Of a DNA stretch of 64,000 nt, positions 20,951-30,248 are shown piece by piece. The stretch spans positions 76,465-140,464 of the forward strand of contig CAZOVA010000001.1 of the NCBI GenBank assembly GCA_964583625.1, read 5' to 3'. Source of the DNA: an uncultured Pseudomonadales bacterium (lineage in GTDB: Bacteria; Patescibacteriota; Microgenomatia; UBA1400; PJMF01). The position numbers and the translations under genes are program-made. The notes under the pieces are model-generated. The model was not told the origin of the DNA. It was given only the letters and a program-made list of their open reading frames with translations, and ran no database searches. Position 1 is the first letter of the stretch. Every line of letters starts with the position of its first letter.

Positions 20951-21913
20951 TTATATTAAATCATCATAAACTATTTCTTCAGAGTGATGATTTAGAGCCA
21001 AATATTTATTCTCCCCAATTTTTTTTAAGCTAGCAACCGGAACTTTCCCTTTCCCCGCTGGTAAATCTAAGTAATAAGTAAAAAGGTCTTTTTTAGGTAG
21101 TTGTTTTTGTAATTGCTGGTAAAGTTTTAGTCCTTCTTCAATTGAAAGGCGAAAGTGGGAAATTCCTGGGGCTTGATCCAAGTGGTAAAGGCGATAAGGT
21201 TCAATTTTTAATTCGACTAGTCGTTTACACAAATCTGCCAAAGTCTTTGCTTCATCATTAACTCCCTTCAACAAAACAGTTTGCGTTTTGAGCTGTACCT
21301 GGGGAAAATTTTTCTGAACTTTCTTTATTAGTTGAATAAAAGCTGGTGAAATTTCTTTTGGATGATTTAAATGAATTACTAAAATTACTTTTTTATCAGC
21401 AAAAGAGAAAAATTTTGTCAGCTGATTGACTGTTAAACTTTCTGGCGCAAAAACTGGCAGGCGAGAGTGATAGCGAATGGTTAGTAGTTGTTTTTGCGCC
21501 ACAACCATTTCCTTTAAAGCAGCAATTTTTTGTTGACCAGCTAAGAGTGGATCACCACCAGATAAAATTAACTCATTAATCTCTTGATGTTTTTGCAGAT
21601 ATAAACCAATTTTTTTCCACTGAAGGGCTGTTTCTTTGTGAAGCAAGTCACTTTCTCTTCGGAAGCAAAAACGACAATGTCCAGCGCAGGTATGATTAAA
21701 AATAAGTAAAGCTTTGGTTGGATAACGATGAATTAATCCTGGTAAAACTTCGTCTACTTTGTCTCCAATCGGATCAGTTTTTTCTTCTTTTAGAACATTT
21801 TTTTCCTTTTCACTAATAAGGATCATTTTAGCTAAGGGGCAATTTTCTAAATTTTGCCAGTCTATTAATTGGCGATAAAAAGGAGAAATTTGTTCAGAAA
21901 AAAGATTGGTCAT
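20951..21913 (-). CDS. KamA/EpmB-family radical SAM (lysine 2,3-aminomutase-like)
   Basis: GLIHRYP.K, CAGHCRFCFRR, LSGGDPL, HLNHPKE, QTVLLKGVND, DLPAGKGK. Confidence 0.88.
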   Translation of the reverse strand: MTNLFSEQISPFYRQLIDWQNLENCPLAKMILISEKEKNVLKEEKTDPIGDKVDEVLPGLIHRYPTKALLIFNHTCAGHCRFCFRRESDLLHKETALQWKKIGLYLQKHQEINELILSGGDPLLAGQQKIAALKEMVVAQKQLLTIRYHSRLPVFAPESLTVNQLTKFFSFADKKVILVIHLNHPKEISPAFIQLIKKVQKNFPQVQLKTQTVLLKGVNDEAKTLADLCKRLVELKIEPYRLYHLDQAPGISHFRLSIEEGLKLYQQLQKQLPKKDLFTYYLDLPAGKGKVPVASLKKIGENKYLALNHHSEEIVYDDLI

Positions 21914-21930
21914 TTTTAGTGAAAATATGA

Positions 21931-23766
21931 CTAACTATATTGACTAGCCACCTGTAAGTCTCTTTTACGCAAACGCAAAGATTTAGGGGTGACCTCCAAA
22001 AGTTCATCTTCGGCTAAGTAAGAAAGCGACTGCTCCAAAGACATCACTTTAGCGGGGGACAAACGGATTAGGACATCGGCATTGGAACGTACATTGGTCA
22101 TTTTTTTACCTTTGCACAAATTAATGGCGATATCCTCCTTTTTGGAGTTTTCTCCCACAATCATGCCCGCATAAATTGGCGTTCCAGGAGTAACAAAGGC
22201 AACACCGCGGTCTTCTAGTCTTGCTAAATCATAGCTTAAAGCATTACCTGTCTGCGAGGCAATCAAAACACCATTTCTCTGCCAGGTCATTTTTTCTCCG
22301 ACTGGCCGGTAACCCAAAAATAAAGAATTAACTATTCCTAAACCTGAGGTTTGAGTTTGAAAATCACTTCTAAAACCAATTAAGTTGGCGCTACTGATTT
22401 CATATTCGCAACGCACTCCGTTTTTTAAATTGCGTAAATTGTGAAAAATAGCTTTTCTCTCTCCCATGCTACTAGTAATAACACCCATATATTCTTCTGG
22501 CGCTTCAATAGTCAAAAGTTCCCAAGGTTCCGTTTGTTGTCCAGACTCGTTTTTATAGATAACTTCAGGTCTGCCAACGCTAAACTCATAACCTTCACGG
22601 CGCATATTTTCAATCAAAATCGCCAAATGCAATTCTCCTCGACCAGAAACAAGGAAAGATTCACTTGTTTCTCCCAAAGCTAGGCGCAAACCAACATTAC
22701 GTTCAAGTTCTTTCTCCAAACGAGCCTTGAGTTGTCTGGAGGTATTAAATTCTCCTTCTTGTCCGACGAAGGGAGAGGTAGAAACTAAAAATTGCATCTG
22801 GATGGTCGGCTCACTAATCGCTAGAGCAGGTAAGGGCTCAAGAACTTGGGGATCGCAAAGAGTGTCGGAAATTTTTGCTTGTTCAAAACCAGTCAGAGCG
22901 ACAATGTCTCCACTACTAGCCTTTTCAATTGGTTTCTTATTTAAGCCAAAAAATTCAAATAAAAACTCCACTTTGCCTGTCTGACTTCTTTCTTTTTCCT
23001 GATGATGAACCAAAGTCAGCTGTTGACCTTTAGTGATAGTACCGCGATTGATTTTTCCAATAATATATTGGCCTTTATATTCGTCAAAATCAATATTACT
23101 AACTTGCATTCTCGTTGGTCCTGTTAAAATTTCTGGAGCAGGAATATATTTCAAAATACCCGCAAAAAGAGGTTGGAGATCCTGACTGTCAGTAATTTTC
23201 ATTGAATTATCCGCTAAAGTTTCCACTTGTTGTCCAGCAATTCCTTCTCGTCCAATAGCATAATAAATCGGAAAGTCCAATTGAGACTCATCAATAGCTA
23301 AGTCCAAAAATAAATCATTAATTTCATTAATAACTTCACCCGCCCTTTGATCTTTACGATCTACTTTATTGATAATAACGATTGGTTTAAGTCCCAATTT
23401 AAGAGCCAAGCTCAAAACAAAACGAGTTTGTGAGAGCACCCCTTCAGAGGAATCAACCAAAAGGATACAGCCTTCGGCCATATTAAGAACTCTTTCAACT
23501 TCTCCTGAAAAGTCAGCGTGGCCGGGAGTATCAATAATATTAATTTTATAGTCTTGCCAATGAACAGCCGTGTTTTTGGCCAAAATGGTAACTCCCCTCT
23601 CTCTTTCAATCGCATCACGATCGAGAATAGTGGTTTGTTGCATTTCTGCCTGATGAGCAGCAAAAGTATGGGCTTGTTTTAGCAAACCGTCTACAAGAGT
23701 AGTCTTACCATGGTCGACATGCGCAATAATCGCAATATTGCGAATTTTGGCGCTTTTTTCATTCAT
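21931..23766 (-). CDS. typA: Translational GTPase TypA/BipA
   Basis: [48 protein letters not shown]. Confidence 0.97.
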   Translation of the reverse strand: MNEKSAKIRNIAIIAHVDHGKTTLVDGLLKQAHTFAAHQAEMQQTTILDRDAIERERGVTILAKNTAVHWQDYKINIIDTPGHADFSGEVERVLNMAEGCILLVDSSEGVLSQTRFVLSLALKLGLKPIVIINKVDRKDQRAGEVINEINDLFLDLAIDESQLDFPIYYAIGREGIAGQQVETLADNSMKITDSQDLQPLFAGILKYIPAPEILTGPTRMQVSNIDFDEYKGQYIIGKINRGTITKGQQLTLVHHQEKERSQTGKVEFLFEFFGLNKKPIEKASSGDIVALTGFEQAKISDTLCDPQVLEPLPALAISEPTIQMQFLVSTSPFVGQEGEFNTSRQLKARLEKELERNVGLRLALGETSESFLVSGRGELHLAILIENMRREGYEFSVGRPEVIYKNESGQQTEPWELLTIEAPEEYMGVITSSMGERKAIFHNLRNLKNGVRCEYEISSANLIGFRSDFQTQTSGLGIVNSLFLGYRPVGEKMTWQRNGVLIASQTGNALSYDLARLEDRGVAFVTPGTPIYAGMIVGENSKKEDIAINLCKGKKMTNVRSNADVLIRLSPAKVMSLEQSLSYLAEDELLEVTPKSLRLRKRDLQVASQYS

Positions 23767-23779
23767 AAATTATGTAAAA

Positions 23780-24037
23780 TTATTTACCTGAACTTAATTT
23801 ATCATGCATCCGAGCAATAATGTCAGGAGAAATATTTTTCATCTTTTTTAAGCCACGTAAACGGCGACGAAGTCGACGATTGTCATTGACATTATTTTTA
23901 CGTACTTGAGAAGGTTTGAGATGATATTGTCGATCACGAACCAAAGTGTTGACATCCAAAGAAACACTAATTTTTTTAAAGCGTTTGATCAAGTCATTAA
24001 CTGATTCATTTCCACGGTTTTTAACCACAATAGTCAT
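23780..24037 (-). CDS. rpsU: 30S ribosomal protein S21
   Basis: VV.N..ES...LIKRFKK...RDRQYHLKPS; strong SD GGAGGT upstream. Confidence 0.8.
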   Translation of the reverse strand: MTIVVKNRGNESVNDLIKRFKKISVSLDVNTLVRDRQYHLKPSQVRKNNVNDNRRLRRRLRGLKKMKNISPDIIARMHDKLSSGK

Positions 24038-24253
24038 AGATTCTCACCTCCCTTCCAGATTAAAAAATTATTTAAGACTTGCTATTATAACACAAGACAA
24101 CAATTTTATTTCGCTCTCTTTTTAAAAAGTATTATTAATTAAATCAAATTATGATATAATGGGTCAATTTTCATCTCTCCCATCAGGAGCAGATGAAGAG
24201 GTTCTTCAACATCAAAGGTTAAAAAAGACGAGAAAAAGGAAGGAGGAAGAAAG

Positions 24254-24748
24254 ATGTCTTACGTTACCATTCTCTATAAAAAACGATTTCCCAATCTCCG
24301 ATTCTGTTTGCAAGAGCTGATGGACATTTATCCCAATGGTATCTTTTCACTTCTGAAAGACCATGAGACTTTTCGTAGTCCAGATGTTCAGCTGAGTCTA
24401 ACGGCTGTTAGTTCTTGGTTGAACAAAGCGATCAAAAAAAACCATCGAGATTTTCGTCTCCCTAAAAAGTCTGTTAAAACCAATAAATCCAAACAAGACC
24501 CACGAGAGACTGGCGATTCGAGCGCAGATCTGAGCCAGTTTCTAAATAAAGTGACTATCAGTCTGACCGCTCACGGCAAAGTCCTAACTTGTACGACTCT
24601 CAGTCGCAAAGTGATTATCTCTCACGAGCGCATGAAATGTTTCTATAGCTGTAAGGTTTTTCTAAAATCCCATACCAGTTACCAGCCAAACGATCCGAGT
24701 GTTGGCTCTGAGTGGACCAGCAGAGGATGGGAGAAGATTATTTCTTAA
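24254..24748 (+). CDS. Orphan hypothetical protein (164 aa)
   Basis: Own TGATATAAT (24152-24160), SD AAGGAGG and downstream hairpin; no family recognised. Confidence 0.6.
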   Translation: MSYVTILYKKRFPNLRFCLQELMDIYPNGIFSLLKDHETFRSPDVQLSLTAVSSWLNKAIKKNHRDFRLPKKSVKTNKSKQDPRETGDSSADLSQFLNKVTISLTAHGKVLTCTTLSRKVIISHERMKCFYSCKVFLKSHTSYQPNDPSVGSEWTSRGWEKIIS

Positions 24749-24781
24749 TGTTCTCGTCGACATTTGAACCATTGATATTCC

Positions 24782-24818
24782 GCCACCCTAAGAGCTTTTT
24801 GCTTGAAGGGTGGCATTT
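24782..24818 (+). terminator. Probable terminator hairpin overlapping the rpsT promoter region
   Basis: GCCACCCT...AGGGTGGC stem followed by ATTT. Confidence 0.5.
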
Positions 24819-24840
24819 CTCATGTTATAATACCGACCTT

Positions 24841-25077
24841 ATGCCAATTTTAAAAAATGCTAAAAAGGCTTTGCGAGCTAGCAAAAAAAAGCGCGCTATT
24901 AACCAAATGGTTAAATCCAAGTTAAAAACCAATTTTGATAAAGTCTTGAAAGGTAAGAAAATAGAGGATTTACCCGCGGCTTATAGTGCGATTGATAAGG
25001 CAGTTAAAAAAAACCTAATTCACAAACACAAAGCTGCCCGACTTAAGTCTAGAGCAACTAAAGCAACAGCGGTTTAA
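24841..25077 (+). CDS. rpsT: 30S ribosomal protein S20
   Basis: MPILKNAKKALRAS...AYSAIDKAVKKNLIHKHKAARLKSR; true start is ATG 24841 within ORF 24712..25077. Confidence 0.95.
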   Translation: MPILKNAKKALRASKKKRAINQMVKSKLKTNFDKVLKGKKIEDLPAAYSAIDKAVKKNLIHKHKAARLKSRATKATAV

Positions 25078-25173
25078 TTCTCCTTAAATTTTTAAAGTAT
25101 AATTTTAGGTACTATAACTTTTGTCACTTTTTTAGGGTGGGGCAATAGTCTTAGTTTTTAAAATTTTTTTAAA

Positions 25174-26952
25174 ATGAATAAAATTCGTAATTTTTCTATC
25201 ATCGCTCACATTGATCACGGTAAAACCACTCTTACAGACCGTCTTTTAGAAATAACAGGTGGCGCTGGTCGAGAAAAAGTGGAGCGGGTGATGGATAGCA
25301 ATCCTATTGAAAAGGAAAGAGGGATCACTATCAAACTTGCGCCTGTTCGTTTGGAATATCAGGGATACCAATTAAACCTGATTGATACTCCTGGTCATGT
25401 CGATTTTAATTATGAGGTCAGTCGCTCCTTAGCTGCCTGCGAGGGAGCTGTTTTAATTGTTGATGCCACTCAAGGAGTGCAAGCTCAAACTCTTTCTAAC
25501 TATTACAAAGCGCAAAAATTGGGTTTAAAAATTATTCCTGTCATTAACAAAATTGACTTACCAATAGCCGATGTTGATAAAACTATTTTAGAATTAATGG
25601 AAGCTTTTAACTTTTCCCAAGAGGAAATTATCACTATTTCAGCAAAAACTGGAGTAAATGTTGAAAAAGTGCTCGATAGAATTATTGAGGTTGTACCTCC
25701 TCCGCGCCAAGATTTGAGTTTGCCAGCGCGAGCCTTGATTATGACAGCAGTTTTTGATCGTCATCGTGGGGCAGTGGCTTATATTAGAATGATAGACGGA
25801 CGGATTAGAAATGATGAAAGATTGTTTTTTTTAGCCACACAAAAAGACTTTCGTCCTTTAGAAATTGGTTGTTTTAGACCCCAGATGCAGTCTCTGACAG
25901 AATTGCAAGCAGGCGAAGTGGGCTATGTTTGTACAGGCTTAAAAGATATTCGTCTTTTAGCTATCGGCGATACTATCACCTTAGCTCCTCCTTCTGCTCA
26001 AGTTAAGCCTTTAGCTGGCTTTAAAAAAGTTCAAGCAGTAGTTTTTATGGAAATTTATCCCGTGGACGCTGATCTTTTTCCTGACTTACAAGATGCAGTA
26101 ACCAAATTGTCTTATCACGATGCTGCTTTAGATTTTAGCAACACTTACTCTCCTGCTTTAGGTTCAGGGATCAAAATTGGCTTTTTAGGAATTTTGCATG
26201 CTGAGATTGTTTTAGAAAGACTTAATCAAGAGTTTGGTTTGGAATTGATCGCCACGGCTCCCACAGTTGATTATAAAGTGACTCTTAAAAGCGGAGAGAT
26301 TAAGCATGTTTTTGTTCCCGCCGACTTACCCAGTCCAGAACAAATTGCTCAGATTGAAGAGCCTTTGGCTCATTTGGAGATTTTTACGCCAGAAGTTTAT
26401 GCTAGTGATATTCTTCAATTCTGTCGTAGCCGAAGAGGCGAGCTTTTAGCGAGTGAATTTACCAGTGGTAATTTAAAACTAAATATTCATTTACCCTTAT
26501 CAGAGCTGATTACAGATTTTCACGATCAATTAAAATCTTTAAGCTCAGGTTTTGCTTCTTTGGAATATGAGGTGGGCGGTTACTTGCCAGTAGAGGCAGT
26601 CAAAGTAGACATTTTACTTAATGGAGAAGTGGTGGAAGCTTTAAGTTTTATTACGATTGCTAGTGAGGCGGAACATAGAGCTAGAATAATGGTGGAAAAA
26701 TTAAAAGAAGCCGTGCCAAGACAAATGTTTGAAATTCCCGTTCAAGCAGCTCTCGGAGGAAGAATCATTGCTCGAGAAACAATCAAAGCCTATCGCAAGG
26801 ATGTGACGGCCAAACTCTATGGTGGAGATGTCACCAGGAGACAGAAACTATTAAAAAAACAAGCTAAAGGGAAGAAAAGAATGAAACAATTTGGTCAAGT
26901 AGAGCTCAATCAGGATGTTTTTCTTACCTTATTGAAGTCTAAGTTGAATTAA
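25174..26952 (+). CDS. lepA: Elongation factor 4
   Basis: IRNFSIIAHIDHGK, GFLGILH, RKDVTAKLYGGDVTR. Confidence 0.97.
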   Translation: MNKIRNFSIIAHIDHGKTTLTDRLLEITGGAGREKVERVMDSNPIEKERGITIKLAPVRLEYQGYQLNLIDTPGHVDFNYEVSRSLAACEGAVLIVDATQGVQAQTLSNYYKAQKLGLKIIPVINKIDLPIADVDKTILELMEAFNFSQEEIITISAKTGVNVEKVLDRIIEVVPPPRQDLSLPARALIMTAVFDRHRGAVAYIRMIDGRIRNDERLFFLATQKDFRPLEIGCFRPQMQSLTELQAGEVGYVCTGLKDIRLLAIGDTITLAPPSAQVKPLAGFKKVQAVVFMEIYPVDADLFPDLQDAVTKLSYHDAALDFSNTYSPALGSGIKIGFLGILHAEIVLERLNQEFGLELIATAPTVDYKVTLKSGEIKHVFVPADLPSPEQIAQIEEPLAHLEIFTPEVYASDILQFCRSRRGELLASEFTSGNLKLNIHLPLSELITDFHDQLKSLSSGFASLEYEVGGYLPVEAVKVDILLNGEVVEALSFITIASEAEHRARIMVEKLKEAVPRQMFEIPVQAALGGRIIARETIKAYRKDVTAKLYGGDVTRRQKLLKKQAKGKKRMKQFGQVELNQDVFLTLLKSKLN

Positions 26953-26969
26953 CATAAAATATTAATATT

Positions 26970-27809
26970 ATGAAAATTAATTTGCCAGCTGGTTCAAAAC
27001 ACAAAGGACAAAATGGCAAAATTTTGATTGTTGGTGGCTCGAATCTTTTTCATAGTGCTTCTTTGTGGAGTGCTAAGACAGCCGCTCATATAGTTGACAT
27101 GGTTTTTTATGCCAGTGTTAAACAAAATAATGAAATTGTCAAAAAAAATAAAGAACTTTTTTCTGATGGGATAGTAATTGATCGAGAGCAAATTTTTGCT
27201 TATGCAGCAGAAGCAGACGTAATTTTACTTGGACCAGGACTGGAGAGAGGAGAGACCAATCTTTCTCGTTTGGAAAACCTGATTAAAAATCATAAAAGCT
27301 TAACTGCTAGCGAATGGGAAAACGATACCTATCTCATAACCAATTTTATTCTAGCTTCCTTTCCAGAAAAAAAATTTGTATTAGATGCTGGCGCCTTGCA
27401 AATGTTGGAGCTAAAGTTTTTGCCTCCTCAGTCTCTTTTGACTCCTCATCAGTTAGAATGGGAAGGCTTGCAAAAGAAAGCTTCCACCAAAGAATTGGAA
27501 GCCAAACTTCAAGCAGCAACTATTTTGAGAAAAAATATTATTGATGAAGTTTGGCAAGACAATCAACTTTTAGCTACTATTAAAGGTGGCAATGCTGGCC
27601 TTACCAAGGGGGGAAGCGGCGATGTCTTAGCTGGTCTGGCGGCTGGCCTCTATGTTTTAAATGAGGCACCAGTGGCGGCCATTTTGGCTAGTCAGGCAGT
27701 CAAAAAGACAGCAGAGGAACTTTTCTCGCAAGTAGGCCCTTTTTTTACTACTACCCAACTGCTAATGTCTTTGCCCGCAGTTCTTTGGGCTTTGGCGCAG
27801 AAGAGTTAA
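26970..27809 (+). CDS. nnrD: ADP-dependent NAD(P)H-hydrate dehydratase (YjeF C-terminal)
   Basis: HKGQNGKILIVGGS, LGPGL, VLDAGAL, LTPH, GGSGDVLAG. Confidence 0.88.
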   Translation: MKINLPAGSKHKGQNGKILIVGGSNLFHSASLWSAKTAAHIVDMVFYASVKQNNEIVKKNKELFSDGIVIDREQIFAYAAEADVILLGPGLERGETNLSRLENLIKNHKSLTASEWENDTYLITNFILASFPEKKFVLDAGALQMLELKFLPPQSLLTPHQLEWEGLQKKASTKELEAKLQAATILRKNIIDEVWQDNQLLATIKGGNAGLTKGGSGDVLAGLAAGLYVLNEAPVAAILASQAVKKTAEELFSQVGPFFTTTQLLMSLPAVLWALAQKS

Positions 27810-27815
27810 TTGTCA

Positions 27816-28601
27816 ATGACAAAAAGACAATTTTTACCGTGGGAAAAAAATTTTTTACACCGTCATGGTTGGGAACATGATACTATAGAGGCTTTTGAGT
27901 TATTAGGCGATGAAACTCCAGTCGAATATTTAATTGGTCAAGCTGATTTTTTAGACTTTAGTTTAATGGTCAATAGTGATGTTTTAATTCCTCGTTTGGA
28001 GACAGAAAAATTAGTTAATTTATTTGTAGAGCAATTACCACCTGAAACTTTCAAGGAAAAACTTCATATTTTAGAGCTTGGAGTGGGGAGTGGAGCGATT
28101 AGTTTGGGCTTAGCGCGCGCTTTGCAAAAAAAAAGTTTAGATTTTAATATTATAGCGACCGATATTTCTGCTGCCGCTTTAGCTGTAGCAAAGAAAAACA
28201 TTGCCAACTTTCATTTAACAGACAAAATTAGTTTATATCAAGCCGATCTTTTACATGGCTTAGAAAATCTTCTTATTAATAAAAAATGGTTTCTAATTGC
28301 TAATTTACCCTATATTCCTCTTTCCAGAAAAAACCAACTTGATATTGGCGTGATCGAATTTGAACCTCATCAAGCTCTTTTTGCTCAAAAAAAAGGTCTG
28401 TCTTTAATTTTTCAACTTTTAGATCAAATAGCTCAAATTACGAAAAAAAATATTTCTATTGAAAAAATTTATTTGGAAATAGATGAAAGCCATCAGTTGA
28501 CAGATTTTAGTTCTTGGACAAACTTTACTTGGGATCTTTTTCAAGATGAAAATGGTAAAAATCGCTATCTTGTGGGCAGCAAACTGCAAAAAGAGATTTA
28601 A
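27816..28601 (+). CDS. prmC: HemK/PrmC release-factor methyltransferase
   Basis: PVEYLIG, VLIPRLETE, ELGVGSGAI, ANLPYI, EPHQALFA. Confidence 0.88.
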   Translation: MTKRQFLPWEKNFLHRHGWEHDTIEAFELLGDETPVEYLIGQADFLDFSLMVNSDVLIPRLETEKLVNLFVEQLPPETFKEKLHILELGVGSGAISLGLARALQKKSLDFNIIATDISAAALAVAKKNIANFHLTDKISLYQADLLHGLENLLINKKWFLIANLPYIPLSRKNQLDIGVIEFEPHQALFAQKKGLSLIFQLLDQIAQITKKNISIEKIYLEIDESHQLTDFSSWTNFTWDLFQDENGKNRYLVGSKLQKEI

Positions 28602-28602
28602 T

Positions 28603-30024
28603 TTATTTTCTAGTTAGGTCTGAGCTTCTCACAAACCATAGGAAAATTGCTGGCGGATCATCAAGTAAGGCTTGCTGAAATGACTGATAGAGGGTCTGTC
28701 TTTCTTGCTGATCAATCGTCTTTCTCCCTCTCTCCAATAAACTATCCACCCTGGTATTTTTATATTTAGTAAAATTACTAGCTAAATCAGAGTGCCAAAG
28801 AGAATATTGGTCTGGATCAAGAGAAACTTCTTGCCCTAAAAGTAAGGTTTGAAAGTTTTGTGTATTGGGAAAGTTTTGAATTTGAATTTTGACTTGAAGA
28901 CGTAAATACTCACAGGGTTTTTTATCGGTAATTTCTTTGCTTTCCAAGCAGGCATCAACCGCCCTCTCACCTAGTTCCTCCCAATCTTTTTTAATATCAC
29001 TGGCCAAATTGAAATAAGTGGTTGTTGTAATTAACTCTATTTCAAGAGGCTTAGTGGGCAATTCAGTCAAAAGTCTTTCTACAGCTGTCTCAAAATTTTG
29101 ATCATAAGTCTTTAAACCCTTGAGATAGGCCCAAGAATCTTTCGGAATCGGACCCAAAGCTCTTTGGAAACCACTTCTTTCTTTATTAACGGCATAACTT
29201 AAAGCCAAGCGCATATTCTTTGTCAAAACTGGATCTTGATTATTGAAAAAAACCGCCAGGTATTGATCGGCGATCACTCTTTCATTGGTCGCGACTGTGG
29301 GCCAACCAGCAATTTCTTCAATATTAGTAACATCAAAAAGATAATCAATTTGTCCCATTTTGAAAGCCTCAATCGCTTGATCTTGAGTATAGTAGAAACG
29401 ATAAACATAACGTTTTCTTTCCGCTAAATCATCCAAAACAATTTCAGCTAGGTCAGTTTTAGTTCGGTCTTTATAAATTGTTTTTCTTATCTTAACTGGT
29501 TTGAGTCCAATCAAAGTGTCTGTTTGGAAAAACCTTCCAAAACTTTCTGTTTTTGGTTTTAAAAGAGGAGCAGTTAAGTATTGAGGAAAAGAAGCAAATG
29601 GTTCTGGCAATTCATAAACAATCTCTTGGTTTTCATAAATTATCGTTGTGTCACGCAAAGGATAATTTATATTGGAAATTTGTAATTTTTCACCATCCTG
29701 CCAATAAATATTTTCTGGTAAAATCACACGATACTTTTTACCTTCGTCCTCGATGATAACTTTTTCAGCTAGGTCGGGAATAAAACTTCCATCAGCATCA
29801 GCCTTGAGTAAGCCACGACTGAGTTGTTCAGTGATCATTGAGGGTAGGTTTGGCAACTGATATTCACCAATAATACCAATGAAATAAGTATTTTTTCTAG
29901 TAACCGTTTCGATTAAATAAGGGATAAGAAAGTAGAAAAGAAGCACACTGACACCACTAGCTAAAAGAAGTTGCCAGCCCCGTTTGCGCAAGTAGGCGGT
30001 GATATACCAATAGATTTTACGCAT
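28603..30024 (-). CDS. Family 5 (OppA/DppA-like) ABC substrate-binding protein
   Basis: N-terminal TM, GLLK...PDLAE, WQDG, R.ALSYAVNK, N.RVDSLLE.GR, DPPAIFL. Confidence 0.85.
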   Translation of the reverse strand: MRKIYWYITAYLRKRGWQLLLASGVSVLLFYFLIPYLIETVTRKNTYFIGIIGEYQLPNLPSMITEQLSRGLLKADADGSFIPDLAEKVIIEDEGKKYRVILPENIYWQDGEKLQISNINYPLRDTTIIYENQEIVYELPEPFASFPQYLTAPLLKPKTESFGRFFQTDTLIGLKPVKIRKTIYKDRTKTDLAEIVLDDLAERKRYVYRFYYTQDQAIEAFKMGQIDYLFDVTNIEEIAGWPTVATNERVIADQYLAVFFNNQDPVLTKNMRLALSYAVNKERSGFQRALGPIPKDSWAYLKGLKTYDQNFETAVERLLTELPTKPLEIELITTTTYFNLASDIKKDWEELGERAVDACLESKEITDKKPCEYLRLQVKIQIQNFPNTQNFQTLLLGQEVSLDPDQYSLWHSDLASNFTKYKNTRVDSLLERGRKTIDQQERQTLYQSFQQALLDDPPAIFLWFVRSSDLTRK

Positions 30025-30027
30025 AGA

Positions 30028-30234
30028 TTATAACGCGAGATCTAGGAGTGAGAGAAAAACAAAACCCGCGATAGAAATAATCGTAACATAAAAAATAGCC
30101 TTTTCCAAACCACGCTTGGTCGTGTAAGAGTTATTATTTCCCTCGCCCCACAAACCTAGTCCCGCGTCTTGCGTTTGCAATAAAATACAAGCAATAATAA
30201 TAATGCCCAAAAAAATTTGTAAGGTCAAAATCAT
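30028..30234 (-). CDS. secG: Preprotein translocase SecG
   Basis: Two TMs flanking ILLQ...GLG...TKRGLEK. Confidence 0.9.
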   Translation of the reverse strand: MILTLQIFLGIIIIACILLQTQDAGLGLWGEGNNNSYTTKRGLEKAIFYVTIISIAGFVFLSLLDLAL

Positions 30235-30248
30235 AAAACTCCTTTATA

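Noticed and set aside
19893-21913. The two adjacent radical SAM genes as one pathway (e.g. RiPP)
   Set aside because: They are convergent with a terminator between them, there is no precursor peptide or SPASM domain, and the KamA-like gene belongs to the typA operon.
24712-24840. N-terminal extension of rpsT in the ORF track
   Set aside because: It spans a terminator-like hairpin and the rpsT promoter; S20 homology starts at ATG 24841.
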